In this document: positions 39,101-54,100 of the stretch, in pieces | How the letters are laid out: every line of letters begins with the position of its first letter | Position numbering within the stretch: position 1 is the first letter of the stretch | DNA from: Phoronis australis | Taxonomy: Eukaryota; Animalia; Phoronida | Assembly: GCA_002633005.1 (NCBI GenBank) | Contig: NMRA01000727.1 | Span: forward strand, 1-64,000 | Reading direction: 5' to 3' | DNA: 64,000 nt | The notes under the pieces: generated by a model | Told to the model about the DNA's origin: nothing | What the model saw: only the letters and a program-made list of their open reading frames with translations | The model's database searches: none | Made by a program: the position numbers and the translations under genes

Positions 39101-42100
39101 GGTCAATGAATTCTGAGCCCAGTCTTTAGTTGTATTATTAGAAAATGTCATAAAACAAAGAGGAACACATAATAAAGATTAAATGATAGAAAATATTGCA
39201 TCTGTGAGTCCATTAAGAGACAAGTAGGCAAAAAGACTTAGGGACCTTAGCCGAGACCCTATCTGGGACTGTTTCATGCAAACGGCCACAGGAAGCTTAT
39301 ACAACATACCGGAAGTCTTGCACACAAACGATTTTTTCAATTCGCACTTATCGTCGACCCACTTCATAGACTGCCGACTCATCGAAACACAATCCCGAGT
39401 AGTAGAGTCTACTTCGTCCGTATGGTACACTAACAGAGAACAAAAAAACTAACCAGTTTTGCAAAGACCATTAAATTAATCAATCGAAATTACTCCAGGA
39501 AAATATTTTCTTGTTGATTCGGCCTAAATTGGAAATATACATTATTTGGTCTGACTCTCCTAACCTTAGACGATACTTTAGTAAGGCAATAAATTTATGA
39601 GTGCATGTTCAATTTCCTTTGTCATTATCACGTCAGTACTCACAGGGAAAATAGAATTTTCTGCCATCAGGACGTTCGTAGCTACTCGCCAGCTCTTGGT
39701 CATGAAGTCCTATCCAAAACGTATTCGTTCCTCCAGTTGACCGAATCTGAAACGGTACACGTATTTCCGATACTCGTCTCTTAGTAACACACCTACATGA
39801 GACAGAGAGAGAGAGAGAGAGAGAGNNNNNNNNNNNNNNNNNNNNNNNATCAATCAGAGAGGCGCATGGCCTCGATGTGAAGCTAAAGGAAAACTTTAGT
39901 ATTCATCGCATACGCCGGCACACATGTTAACCAGGCTAAGAGACACATGTAGATGTTCAAAGTCAATATTTCATAGGGAGGAGCTGTCGTTATCACTGTT
40001 TGTTCTAGAGGAGAGGCAGATGTGGCCAAGGGCTTCACCAAAGAACAAGCCGACTAACGGTATCGTTTAGCTGTGTAAAATTTCCTGCAAAATTAAAATG
40101 ACTGTTGGGTAACCGAAGTGACATCTATATATTAATTGCCCATTACATACCATCTGACCTATCACGGTGTTCTCGATTCCGTCTTCTGGAGTAGCAAGGG
40201 CACCTTTCGAGTTATTGCACGTAAGTTGTGCCTCTTCAAACGTTTTCAGTGTTGATTTAACGATAAGGTATTCGAAGCTACCCTGGTTGAAACGAATATC
40301 TGAAAATAAATACCGAATCAAGCAAACACTGAATACACTGTACATGCGTCCTTGAAATTGCAAGAGACGACCAATCATGCTGGTACATGCACATGTTTAC
40401 CAAACTCGCTATAGAAGGCGCTTCACAGCTCATTATATTATTTAAAATTATCGTCTATAGACCGACATGGCGAACTGTCCACGAGCTCTGATTGTATGTC
40501 ACGCACAATTATTGCGTTGAAGTATGAACATTCACTGTAGTCATGACACACATGTACAGTATTTACACATGTAGTAGGCGCAATTACCATTGTGTCGCGC
40601 GAAACTGAAACAAGTTTGGTCACAAATTTAGAACAGGATCACAAGTACTGGCTGCTCGAAGGAACTGGGATTTTTTAATGGGCAAGAATTTTAGTCAGGT
40701 GGAAGAGGTGTTGAGGTGGAAAACTTGCGGCCTTCTCGAGTGGAAAGCTGGACGTGCTAGACTGTTTATAGCTTAGGTAGGCTACCTCAGTGAGTAATCT
40801 TAATCTCCAGAACGCCCCAACTATTCTTTCTTCAAAAACGTGGTTGCATCACTCGCAACATATGCTGCCTATCGTCCTTACTTTATAGCATGCAGTAGAG
40901 GAATGTTAGTTGTCTCATGTCAGACCTATATGGCCATTATCGAGCACGTGCACCTAAGGACATGCACAAAGAGTAACGGGATGCTAAAGGGAAAAGCAAC
41001 CGGTACCTAAAGAGTTCCCACAATGCATTGTCTCAGTTTTTTTAGCTTTCAGTTAGCTAATATGAAATGAATACCCTAAAATGTAATTACATAAGCACTT
41101 TTTCCAAATACTAGCGACATTTTTTCTCAAATTTGAAGAAAAAATAATAGTTATTTCCAAGATTCTCTCCAAATAATGTATTATGTTATTATGCAGATAG
41201 GGCAGCACACTCACTGAAGTACTTAGACAATGAATTCGATTTCCCTTTCGTCGGCTTTGAGGTCGTAAGAACTCGACCCACTTGCACAAGAAATACTGCA
41301 GGCATATGTAAGCCACAACCAACTGCATCAAGGGGTGGTAAATATTCACAAAATACTGTAGACACTAAACAAATACTGGCGAAGGCCACAGTAAACCAGG
41401 GTCACTCGTATTTGCTAATGCAATGATGGAATGAGCACGGTCTGAACACAATGCATAAGCCTATATGTACGAGTCGTGGCACTTGATCTGGGGCGAAGTC
41501 GATGGCCTGGCATCACTCGCCTTTGAATGGCATCAAATTGTTCGTTATTTATAAAATTTGCAAGTGCACTTACAAGGTGGCGAATCCTTCATCCTAGCGT
41601 TGCTTTTGTATTTGGCCGAGACACGATTCCATGAAATGTGTCGAACTGGCTCCTTACTGAATCGCATGTTCAACACTGGTGTTCCACACTCTGGTGCGGC
41701 GCACAAACCGATGCCATGTGTGTGCAACTTTCACGTATTTCGGAAATTTAGATACAGAGACGTTCTCAGTCACTAAGTTTTTGTTACTAAGACTCCACAA
41801 ACGCACCTCATGTCTGAAAAAGGCGCCGGGCTTTCCCCGGATTTTCCTCACAAATCCTCAGTGTCGCACTGGTCGAGACGGTCTTCCACCTTTTACGTAC
41901 ATGTACAACCCCGATAACAGATTTTTAATATTTTTGGCTTATTTCTTAGCAACAGTTATACTAAAGGCTATTAAATCCCTTAAGATGTAGCAAAAACGTT
42001 CTCTTTGAGACACAGGGTCATGGTGGGAACTCTTTAATACAAATGCAGATGCTAGTTACGTTGTAGAGATAGTAAAACAGTGAAGCTGTCACTGCACCGC

Positions 42101-45100
42101 TGCAGCTACAACCTAACAACCAGTTAGACTCTAGTTGCTTTCCTCACCACATAAGTCACACGAATTCCGACAACTCATTCTAACTGTGTTGCTAGTGAGG
42201 CAATTTGAAATGTGGTCTTCACAATCTGTAATTTCGTCGATACATTGTGTAACTGAAACGAAATAAGTCATGGAATGTTTGTTGTACTGCAATCTTGCAA
42301 TTCGTTGAGCAATTAGTGCGTGTCATCCTAAGTCACAACCGGACGTACGTACTCAATCGCATTTAAGCATTCCCCTAACATAACAAATAGCAAATTTCGT
42401 TCTTAATATTAATCCACAGACTTGTAATTCTTATAACATCCGCGACCTCACTGCATGGACATCACATAGGGGGCTGGGGGGGCTATAGCCCCACTTATTT
42501 CAGTGCTGCGCAGCCAAGCCATTGTGGCGCCGTTTTAATTCATGAGCAAACTGCAAACCACATCAACAATCCGTCATAACATCTATACTAAACATTTTGT
42601 GAGGGGCATCCCTCGCCTCACATAATGAGATAGTCAAAAAGAAATAATTTGCAAACGGCACGGGTTATACGGACAAATTTAAACGACTTTCATGAATCTG
42701 ATATCTGTTTTGGAATTGAAGAGCAATTTACCAAGAAAATAAAAAAATCACTCTAGGGGTAATCTTTCAGGCTCAGCCTTAAACTTGTGTATGTGATCGT
42801 GGTGTGGCTCTTATACAAAAATCACTTATTGGCCTCTTATATAGGCCTTGAAATGTTTACACATAAAATAACACGTTTTTGCATATCGAAGTCACCAATT
42901 TTCCAATATAAAACAGGTAGATTGCATGCAACAAGAGAAACACATGATGAGACTTGGACGTGGGGTATGAGGATCACCAAATAAAATTGATACTAATAAT
43001 TTTGCTGCATTTATCGCGTGACGGAAAAATAAATCCAGAAGCACTTCTTTTTGTAGTGTTAAAGGCGAAAGTAACCTTTTTCTTGTCACTTTTAGCAAAA
43101 ATAAGGTTCGTTGATTATCCCAGACGCATTTTACACTTAATTAAAGCTTTTCGTAACTTGATTAATTTCTCGTCCTCTACTCCGGAAGTGACGTTTTGGG
43201 AGGCAAGAGTTTCGCGCCAATTTCTTTTTATTATAGTCTGACTGTGAGAGCTGTCGAGTCAGTCATTGTTGTGATAAGTTCGGTCGTCGTTCTCTTTTGT
43301 TTAAAAGTCAGTCAACATGCCACGCTGTTGTTGCGTGCCGGGATGTACTCATTATCGTCTCACGCGGGCTTTGGGTACCTTGCGTCGCTTTCCGAAGGAT
43401 GACACACCTCGCTGTACTTGGCTAGCTCGTTCATGTGAAGAACGCAGCGCTACCCGTCCACGCAACGTAAAAAGCAGTGGAGGGTTACCGAGTTTGTGGC
43501 AAGCATTTTCTGCCGTCAGATTTTGACAGATATGTACATGTACGCTGAACTGATGAAGGTCCCTGAGAAACAACGCCTGAAGAAGGGTACCATACCGTCG
43601 CTGTTGATTCCCGTCGCCAACTCCGAGAAGTGCGTTTTTGAAGCGAGAAGCCTCGCGAGCTGTGGCCACTATATACAGTGGCTGGAGGCACTTTATCTAC
43701 TGTCACCCGTACCTCCGAACGTACCCCCATTGCGTGCGATCCCGGGAACTAGCAGGGATTCGCCCTAGGCTGTTGTCTCAAGCCCAGAGCCTGTAATCAG
43801 CCCTGCAGCGATGTTGAGTAGTGGGAGTGAATACAGGCCCAGTTCGACACCCAGTGAAGAGGACTGTTTGTCATCCAATGAACAGATCAGTGAGCCTATA
43901 TGCAAGTTTGATAAGTGTATTGTGGACTTGTATTGGAGCTATTTCGAAGGTGCCAGGTGTGTGGCGAGGGAGTCACATGGCGGGATGTAAGCAATTTGGG
44001 TGCTCAGATCACCCTTCAGTGGGAGTGTGTCGCGGGACACTCGGGCAAGTGGGACAGTTCTTCCGCTGTACGTGAGACGATAATGAGTACACCCCAGTAC
44101 GCAGCAACAGCGTGCCATGTTGACTGACTCGTAAGCAAAAGCAAACGACGACCGAAGTTATCACAACCGAGGTAGAACAATGACTGACTCGACTGCTCTC
44201 ATAGTTAAACTATATGAAAAGAAATTGACGCGAAATTCTTCCCTCCCAAAACGTCACTTCTGGAGTAGACGACGAGTAATTAATTAAATTACGAAAAGCA
44301 GTAAATAAGTGAAAAATATGTCTGGGATAATCCATGAACCCAATTTTTGCTAAAAATGACATGAAAAAGGTTGCCTTCGCCTTTAAACGTGGGTGTCACT
44401 CAAGTGCTTCTACAAGCCAGTTTGTTGGGTTATGGACATTGAAATGTATGTTTGTGGATAGATCTTGGATATGTAAACAAATTTAAGAAATCTTTGGAAA
44501 GGATTTTTTCATCTTTTAGTTCTAAAATTACTCCACTGTTGCGCATTCTACACTTTTTAAACAAATGTTTTTAGCTTTGTTACTTTTAAATTGGTTTCAA
44601 GAAGAATTAATTTATGGGAATCAACATTTTAGGGACCATTAGTATTTCTGACAGTATTTTTCACTTTGAAGACAAAAGCCAACATCAGAGGCAAGGCATC
44701 GATGTCTGAAATACAAAAATTAATTTATCAAAATCGCATGGTGCATATAAAAGTTATCGCTTTTTATGAGTTAACTCGTGATTTTGATTAGGTCGGCCAT
44801 CTTGGGATATCAGCGCCATAGGTTTCGAGATTAAAAAGTTTAAAATGCTTCAAAATTATTTATTAATATTCTAGCAGTAAAATTTAGTGGCGCATATTTT
44901 TACCTATCATTCTCATCCACAATCCAAGAGTTTACACAAGAATTTAATCTCGCAGGTGTAACTTATTGAGTCCTCACAATTCACGCTGGCGACTTTTGTG
45001 TTCAACCGGCCACATTGTCATTGGTGAAGATTTAATTGTAATACGTTTGTAGACACACAGATATCAGAAGCAGGTGAGTACAATTTTTCCGGTGCTTTGG

Positions 45101-48100
45101 CCACAGGTATCATGAAGCCTCTACATGTACATGTACAGTACAGTACTTATCAATGTGAAGTGCCCATTCAATTGACCTTGCACTCTGCTACAAAATACTG
45201 CTCAAATTGGTTTGAAACCGCTTTTTCTTTGGAAGTGAACTTTTTTCAAGGTATGATTAGGTGTCACAACAAGCCACATATTTTTCGAAATTTATGCATT
45301 AACTGTGGTTTTGATCCATGTTTTGAACCAGTTACTTTATATTCAAGATTTATTTAAGCAACTAAGTGTGAAAACATCTTACATGATTTACAGAAATGGG
45401 TTACATTTGAATTATGGAGTGCGAAGCTTACTTAAATCCTTCTGCTTCATGGCCTCGTATTTTTTATTATGATGGTTGTAGAATTTTAGTTTAGGAGGAA
45501 CGCTTGTATGGTGCGTACTCAGTCGCCATGGTAACAATTATGCATAACCACTTTTATACTTAACATGGTTTTGGTTCAGCCTGTATTGCTGAATTTTTCA
45601 AAAGTACATTTTAAGTTACTTATTGTGACGAACAGGTAATAGGAACATTTTAGTTTGCGTATTTTAATACAAAATTAAAATTTGTAGTGAGATCAATGTG
45701 ATAGGTGTAATCTTTTGCTACAACAATGAAGTTTTGAAACCCGTGCGTCCAATATTTTCAAGACATGTCATTTTTATTTCTTACGTGTGTGGGAGATTAA
45801 CAACAAGTGACGAAATAACGTTTGGGAGGAATACATGTAGGTTAACCGATTAGCACCTTGTAAAAATGACCAAACTCAGTTTAAATTGACTTCATATGCT
45901 TTATGTAATGATTATCAGGTCATGGGGTGGAGTTAACAGGGCACAGCATCACAAAGCAGCGGACAACGGAGGGAGACACCGGTTAGAAATATGAACTTTA
46001 TCCAAAGTGATGAAACTCTCACTGGTGTAGCAGCGCAGATTAGACTCATTCGAAAATATACACGCTAATAACATTAGTTTTGGCCAAATTAAAAGTAAGA
46101 AATGGAAAACAAAAACGGCGCTTATAGAGTGCAGCAAGCAAATGACGATCCTAATAAAAAGTCATCCTCAGGTACAATAGCAGACAGAAAACGAAACATC
46201 GTAACAGAATATTAGATTAGCATTAAAACGTCGTCCCCAAACATGCATGTGCCATCGTTTCCTTGAAGGAAACGTTTTGGTCTAATTTCATGAAATCTCA
46301 CCAAATAAATCTAGTCATAGAAACTGCCACTAGGGGGCCAGCAGTACTCGTATCTGATTTGATCGCCACACAAACATATTTGCAAAAATTGATGAAGCCC
46401 CTTTTGAGATTGATGAAATGCAGCTGCATACTGTTCGTATCCAAGAGTTTTTGTTTCAAGTTTTTTTAAGCCGTTTGAAAGCAACATCGCTAACCTGGAG
46501 TCTTTTTGAACCAAAACTGAGCTTTTTGGGCCAAAATACATGTACACATAATGCTCTAACTTAAAAAGGAATGGCCCAAAATGTTGAACATATCCCACCA
46601 GGATGTATGCACAATTTTTCAAGATCTGAGTAGATGAGCCTAGAGTCGACCTTATGATGCTCTCGTGGTATGAGAGTTAAGTGGCGGAAATCTGTAATTT
46701 GTAACTACGATTTTTTGAAAGACACGTGTATGGAACGCAGGATGTTTTTTACAACAACGAATGTAAAACACTTTGAATCTCGCAAACACCAAATCGTGTA
46801 GGCTGCTTGAATACTGTAACTCACTTATGATTGGCTGGCATATGAATATAACCCCGTCTTACCCGACCGGCGGCAAATGAACTGTCTTCTGGTTTCTAAA
46901 CACTCGTCACTTTTCCAATGTTTCGTGATGCGGTCCATATAAACACAGAGTTGCTCTAACTCTGTATCTTTTGGGTACCCTTCGTCCCAGTCTATTCAAG
47001 AAAGTAAAATACACCAATATCACAACTATCCTGTATTAAGCAAAGACAGGTTCAGTAGATCTTTGAAAATCACGATTCATGCTTATGGTGCCTATGCTTT
47101 TGTATTTTATAACGGCGGGGTGAGACAGCGTTCTTAGTTACAGTGCAGCCCAAGTTCTGCGGTTACTCTAATTGTAAGGTTTTCCGATAAATTGATATAT
47201 CAAAGATGAAAGCATGCTACTAGGGCTTGACAATAGTGCTGCGTGACTTGAAGTCACTTTTTCGGAAAACTGTTTTACAAACACGTTGCAATTTATTTGC
47301 GTCGATGTGAACTACCAATTTCGACGCCTGCAGAAAGACAACGACGAAATTCATGATAAGGCGCTAATACACCATATGGATCTTAGAACATTCGCCGCCC
47401 GACTGGGGTCTGGCGGAAATGGGCAAATTTGATCAAATGTCTGAAATGCAGCACCTTTCGGGGGGATACTCACTCCAACTGTGAAATTTTCAGTCGATTC
47501 TCGCCAAGTTTACCAGTCTCGAGGTCGTACAGAGAAATGTTTTGGTGTGGTACGGTCACCAGAGTAATTGCATTGTTCCCCGTCACCTCGGAAAGCTATA
47601 ATTGTGTGAAGTTATAATTTTTGTCAAGATAAGCCCGATGTTGAGTTGTAATGGCCATGTGGTGCTGCTTATGTGGTTTAATAATATGAACAAACTGTCA
47701 CAAATGGAAGATTGCCACAGTTGTAGCCGTGCAGTCTCCTACTATATCTTGGTACGAGATATCATCAGAATCCAAATCTTCGCTCTTGACTGAGATATCG
47801 TGGCAAAACATGTTGAATTTACAGTTCCCTCGTTCCTCGATCGAGGTTAACTCAAATTCGACTGGAGCCTGGCAGAATGCCTCACCAGTACCACCACATA
47901 CAACACACTTTTGGCGGCCGCCATTGTCTTTAAATCCTTCCAATTTCATCCAGTCGTCAACTTACAATGCTCCTTTGTTCAGGTATATACATGTACGAGA
48001 GGCTTGACCCCAGCGGCCACGTTTCGAGCCATTCTAGGAGATCACCAATGCGTTAATCTAGTCAGAATCCAGTTCTGCTCACACGAGTTGGCTTTGCACG

Positions 48101-51100
48101 CGAGAATAAGGTTCTCACTTGAGACTGTCTCAAAACATATCTGGATTATAACGCAATCATCCTCAGTTCTGTTCATGCCGTACCTTCAAAAGAATTAACA
48201 ATCGCTACTTCCAAAAATTACTCCTTCTTCTATTCTGCTTGCATAGCAAGAAACCTTCGGAGACTGGACTCAATTCCGAATGACATACTAGTAAAATCTC
48301 GGTTAGGCAGACAACGTTTGACGTCTTCTCAAATCACGACATTAACTTTACGGCAGAGCTACTGTTGATAGAATGGCATGGGGAAAATGACATTTAACTG
48401 GAATATATGTTGGCATTTTGCCATACCGCTCCGGAGGTGGTGTTGGTTGCTGTTGTCCAGCTTTTGAAGCGGGTCGTTTGGAGTGTTTCCTTAACTACAG
48501 GAGATGTAGGTAAGGCCTCATCACCTTACTAGCTCCCTATACCGGCTGGTGAAACAATTATTCGCTTTGAAAAATATGAGACGATAACATGAGGAAAAGT
48601 TGAGGAAGTCATGCTAACCCCTGCTCCCAAACATCCCTCTCTTGCCGGTGAACTATTCTAAATAACGCTATGTTAACAATAATCTATGTGTATGAAACTA
48701 CTCCCTTCTATTCAACATCAAGCGGACCGGTCAATAAGAGCCACTGTGTAATTTCACTTGCTGAAGCAGACGTTGAATAGGTAAATGTTGAAAGTGGTGA
48801 AAGAAGGTACCCACACCATCAGAATCACTTGTGACAACACTGAAATCTCCGAGCTCTTGGTTTATGGGACGTCTAACATGCCAGTAGAAGCCAAGGCTTA
48901 AATGTAGAAGTGGAAAAGTAGTATTTTGGACACAATGCAACATATCAGAGATTTGACCTGAACAAGTGCCGCCATCATTAGAGGTCACAAGACGTGAAGG
49001 TACTGGACAGAGACTAGTTCTTGGTTTGATCGAGCTGTCAGAGACGCCAGTAACCCCTCTCTGAGTACACACGGAGGTGTCAAGTTGAACTTATCACAGT
49101 CAGTGACTCGTGGTCCATTTCCTTGACCACCGACGCATGGGGGCGGGGTGAAATTTTCTCGAGAACCAGTAGAAGAAGCCAGGCGGCTCCACAAAGTCGG
49201 GAATTTACATTATTCTATAGTAAGTTCCAGAAGTCATAGTTTATGAGTTAACCATGTATTAATAATAGTGCCCATCCTAGTCTATGTATATGTAACCAGC
49301 ACGGATTACGCGTAATCTATACACATACCCCACGAGGAGGTACGGTGGCTTAGTGTCCTTCCTCTACTCAAGGTTGTGTTTTCGAGTCGCACGGGACACA
49401 CTGCTGGTCGCTTGAATCAAGTCCCTAGCTTCTCAGCTCTGTTTCAACTAATAAAGCATAAAGATGGTCCTGAGCGTCTTGCGTACATTATGTATGTCTG
49501 GTACAACAATATTTTAAACCAGTTATTGAGACGTAGAGTGGACATCTTATTCCAGTATTTAGTTATCCATTATTTTTGATACAATGGAATCACAGAAATG
49601 ATTATTTAACGTTTCCCATAAATTTAACTTTTCGTTCCGCAAAAGAGATAAATTTTCCATGTTCAGTTCAACGTGACCTTTGACTTCTCATTTGACCTTG
49701 ACTTTGACCTTGCATCCATAAAATAATATGAGAAATTGACTCTCCATCCCAAATAATATTGGAAACGATAAATTGCTGGATCCTACACGGTATCATGTTC
49801 AGATTGTGGAAATTATGTGAAATTCAAGATGGCGGCTTCCGCATCTTGAATTATGAAAAATGCTCAAAGTTGCACAAAGTGCAACCAAATTAATTTTATT
49901 CTCCTAACCACACGCAATAAATTTCCAAAAGAAAAGTTTACACTAAACAACATTGCAGGGTAAACTTTTTGGCAACTAGACTAACTTTTTCGTCACCCGG
50001 ATGGTCTGTGCTTGCTGGCAACGGAAACGTATTTTGGTTCATTTGGGGTTTGCAACTACATGTACCACAGGTGGCATTTTGATTTAGAAAAACTGAGGCA
50101 AGCTTTAACGGGTTTTTACCTTATCCGGCATGTTTTTAACTATTTTCAAGCAGGTTACGTGTTGCTTTAGTGATGGGCTCACTCCGGACTAAAGTCATGA
50201 AGGTCGACCTCGACATGATTTTATAAATTCACCCAATAGCCATTACCCAGTTCGCGATTTTGTTGACGGAGTAAAAGACTATTCGAAAAAATGGTGATTG
50301 GGGGAGTATTTTTCCTTGTTGAATGAAAATAACGACTCGGACTGACACCTAAGCTATCCAACTACAGTCGAAATGTACATATTACAACGTGATTGTTAGC
50401 CAGAGTGAATCGTAATTTTCTGAGCATCTCTCGGCGTACAGCCTGGACTAGAATGTCACCTAAATTTGGTGTAAAAGATGAACGAAGCACAAAGCTTCAT
50501 CCTTGAGATCTCGAGATAATAACATTTCCTATATAACGCATTTCTGAATCAATTTACTTCTTCATGCCAGCACATTGAACAGGCGGCCGCATACCTATCA
50601 CAAGTTTAAACTTATAAGGATGTAAACACATTCGGGTAAAGTGTGTAACTTCTTTCAGTTCTGTTTTTATGATCTCATAGAAATATGCTATAGGAAACAA
50701 TTGTTCTTACCATTAAAACCCAATGGCTTCATCTTCGTGTCTACATACTTTCCCTGCTGGGTGATCGAACCAAGCCAGACTTCGCCAACAAAGTACTTGC
50801 GAGCCTAATTAAAGAATGCTCAGACAGTCAAGTCTTCTTTACACGAATCTACTATACATTACTCAAATCACCCTGAAAGATCATTTGCATATGAACTCGT
50901 CACATGTACTTCTGTTCATAAACTGTACACGTTTTGAGCGATAATAAAATCGCACAGCTGAGTGAAGAAAATCTGTAGGCACGGGTTTGGCAGTGCGCCC
51001 GTCGTTAGTGCATCTCCCATGTGAAAATTGCTGGTTTTTCAAGCAAATTTTCACTAGGAGAAAAAGATTGCATAGGGGCGAAAATTTAACAGGATTATGA

Positions 51101-54100
51101 GTTTCGCTGGATTAACACAGGGCAAATTTATTCAATACCTACGTGGTTTGTTAATTGAAATAAAATTCCGATCATGACCTCTATCCACTGGTGCTGGCGC
51201 ACTGTGATGACTGCAGTGTCTGCAGAATAGGGTCAATAATACTTGAATTACATGTACATGTACGTTACTCATGAATCCTTCTGGGACGCGACCGTTTATG
51301 GAGTTAATTCCATCTTAGAATACTTCTGGGGTTTCAGAATATTTTGACCAAAACTGCGGCTCAAAAATTGGCATCAACCGGTTCTTTACTAAGATGAGAA
51401 GTTATTTCTTTGCTTTCGAAGACCTCACACTTCACCGCATAGAATAAATAACATTTGCGTAACCTGATCTCAAACGATAACAATCTATCAGTTCTTTAGA
51501 AACCCCGAGATCACCTGCTAATTCAAAACCAATTTTATAACCGTAAGTGGTAGCTCACAGGTTTTTGTGAGGGAGAGTGGGTTTATAGACATTTTTATTA
51601 TTTTTAATTTCCAACTATTATGCAGTTTGAGATAAAAAAGTCTACATTTTGGGACACCAATTTGGCATTTGTCTAGGTTGATAATCAGAAGGCTCACCAG
51701 TTCGAACGTCCTTCAGGCCGAAGTACTACAGGTCCGAAGGTTCGAAATCGAAACTTAAAAAAGTCTTGTTTGGCTTTAACTTTTATCACAGCGGTGTCGG
51801 ACATGAGTTTCCGCAGTTATTTCGAACATGTTCGGGAATTCATATGCGCGAGGACAAATTTGCTGGCGATCAACAACCGAATATTACGACTAATGAAATG
51901 CGTGCCGAGGTTTATTGTTGCAATGCTTGCATTTTTATTGCCCTCGAGTACATTTTGTTGCAGAACTGACCACGACTTTGCGTTAAGACTTTTTGGATTT
52001 GGACGTACATGTATTGGCCTTCGGACTTTGAAACCTTCAGACAAGTAAACCTTTGCACTTGTGGAAATTTTGGACTACCAAACAGCCTTGCATTTTATCG
52101 AACTTGTGAACATTCCTTCGGACTACCCTTCAAAGTGATGTACCTATTGAGAGATATTTTCACAATCACCCTTATTGTGTCAAACTTGTGAATATTCGTG
52201 ACTTGCCAATCTTTAGACTATCTTGTGGCCCCTAATTGGCATCGATGAGCACACAAGTACTAGTTCAAAAAAGCACTGACAGAGGCTGAAAAATTCATCG
52301 CTTTGCTCGTAGTTCACGTAACTCGGATACCTAGATTTTATGGCCTATGTCACCACTCAGGGACGTTGCATTTAGGCAAATATAGCATATCTGCTCTGTT
52401 TAAGTTTTGCTTTGTTTTACATCTAAGCATAATTTGATCGGACCCTGATGTGCCCCGCGCTCAATAGTTGGTTCCGCTGCTGATGCAATTTCCATGTCAA
52501 TTGTCAGGGAATATGACGCAAGCAGTGTAAAAATGGCCAGTTGCCGATTTGGAAAACTGAAAGAAGGGCTGCTCGAAAAACGTTTGATTACGGTAGAATT
52601 TCTTTAAGTTGGATGGAATTAAAGACATCGACGGGTTCCTAAAGTGACCATCTATGCGCAAAAGTTACTTATGGCAGCACGACTTTGATGGTTTAATCAT
52701 TGTGAGGCTGAGAAATAATGCGCCGAAAAGCTTCCGGCGTACGAACGGCCTATGGGATGACCACCGTCTCTACTGCCAGTTGAGTAGGTGACACTGTCTA
52801 ACAGCCCTAGGTTCTCATTGGTTTTCAAAATGCGTGGACCCCTGGAAGTGACTCTTACCTCCATAGGGACCGACGAGATATATGCACACCCAATACACTG
52901 TAAACGATGGCTTACCATTTCGCCCAGCCAGTCGTTTCTGGCCATGTCTTCCGGGAGAGCTAGGCTATCGCCGTGATATTTACAGTGTTGTGAAGCCTCA
53001 AACCAGTTTAGAGCGTGCCGGTGAAATGTGTACTGAACATTGTCGAAGAACTGTATAACATCTGAAAGTCATTTTCGGCACGTCAGCAGCAGTTGCCTAA
53101 AACCCTACTAACAAGAATGGTATAGCCCCACAAAGATTGCTTCACGATGCCAGTCTTGTGTCCTTCGTCGTGACGTTCCTAGAGTTTTAGACTTTCAATT
53201 GTCTTCCTTCTTACACACGCCCACCGTGAAAATGTAGATTTGGTAAAAATTCTACCTTCACGAGCACATACACAAGTTGCGACTTGGTTGTCGTTTTCTC
53301 TGAACAAGCGTGGATCGAAGGCCACTGAGTGCGTGAAGAAAACGTTGCGTTTTGTCATGTGGACATGCACCCGGAGATGGATTTATAGTTTATTCAAGCC
53401 ACTCAGCGGTAACCTTAAGTTACTAAAATGTTCACGAGAATAATTTTGAAGTTTGAACATTAGAGTTGTTAATACAAAGAATTAATGGTACTACTTGTAT
53501 TACTCGAATCCCGGAGCTTCTGTTGCATGAGGCACAGCAGTTCGGAAAAAGGCAAATTCGTTTAATTCCGCCTTCATGGAAACGACGAGCGGACCTTATT
53601 CGAATTCTGAGCCAACTATCTTGTACATGTAGTCTGTACCTATTGCACGCTTCACAAACCGTACACTTTTCGTGCAATTACTGAACAATGTGCACTGAAG
53701 AAAACAGGGAAAGACAGCAGTCATTTGAATTTTTCTCCTCCGTCCTTGACCCAAACGTTTTGTTGAAAAATGTTTGTTGTATTTGCGCTGCAGCTACACA
53801 AATGGCTACGTTTGAAACCAAAACGAAAGTCAGTTGTGGCAATTGCTTATACACGTTGATAATCGAATGCTTGTGTTCTTTGGATTAGGAACAGAAACAG
53901 TATAACAGGTAATGTTCAGAAGCCTTTTTCGGAAATTTGGTTATGCACTTCTACTTCACAATTGCTGGAAATGGTTTAGACGCGTCTCAGTTCAGAAATA
54001 ATTCATAGATGTATTTCTCCTTAACTAGCAGCTACATGTATACATGTACGTACATGTATATTCACAGAGACTTCGCATGTTTTCTCAATATTCGTGTTAA

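Noticed and set aside
49325-49480. tRNA-derived SINE or tRNA gene
   Set aside because: Only loose A-box and B-box resemblance; no cloverleaf and no second copy.
51690-52232. MITE with GTCCGAAGG/CTTCGGAC subterminal repeats
   Set aside because: Probably a decayed element, but termini and TSD could not be defined.
53128-53178. Small phase 1-1 exon between ShKT3 and CTL1
   Set aside because: Weak splice signals, no domain, and not needed for frame.
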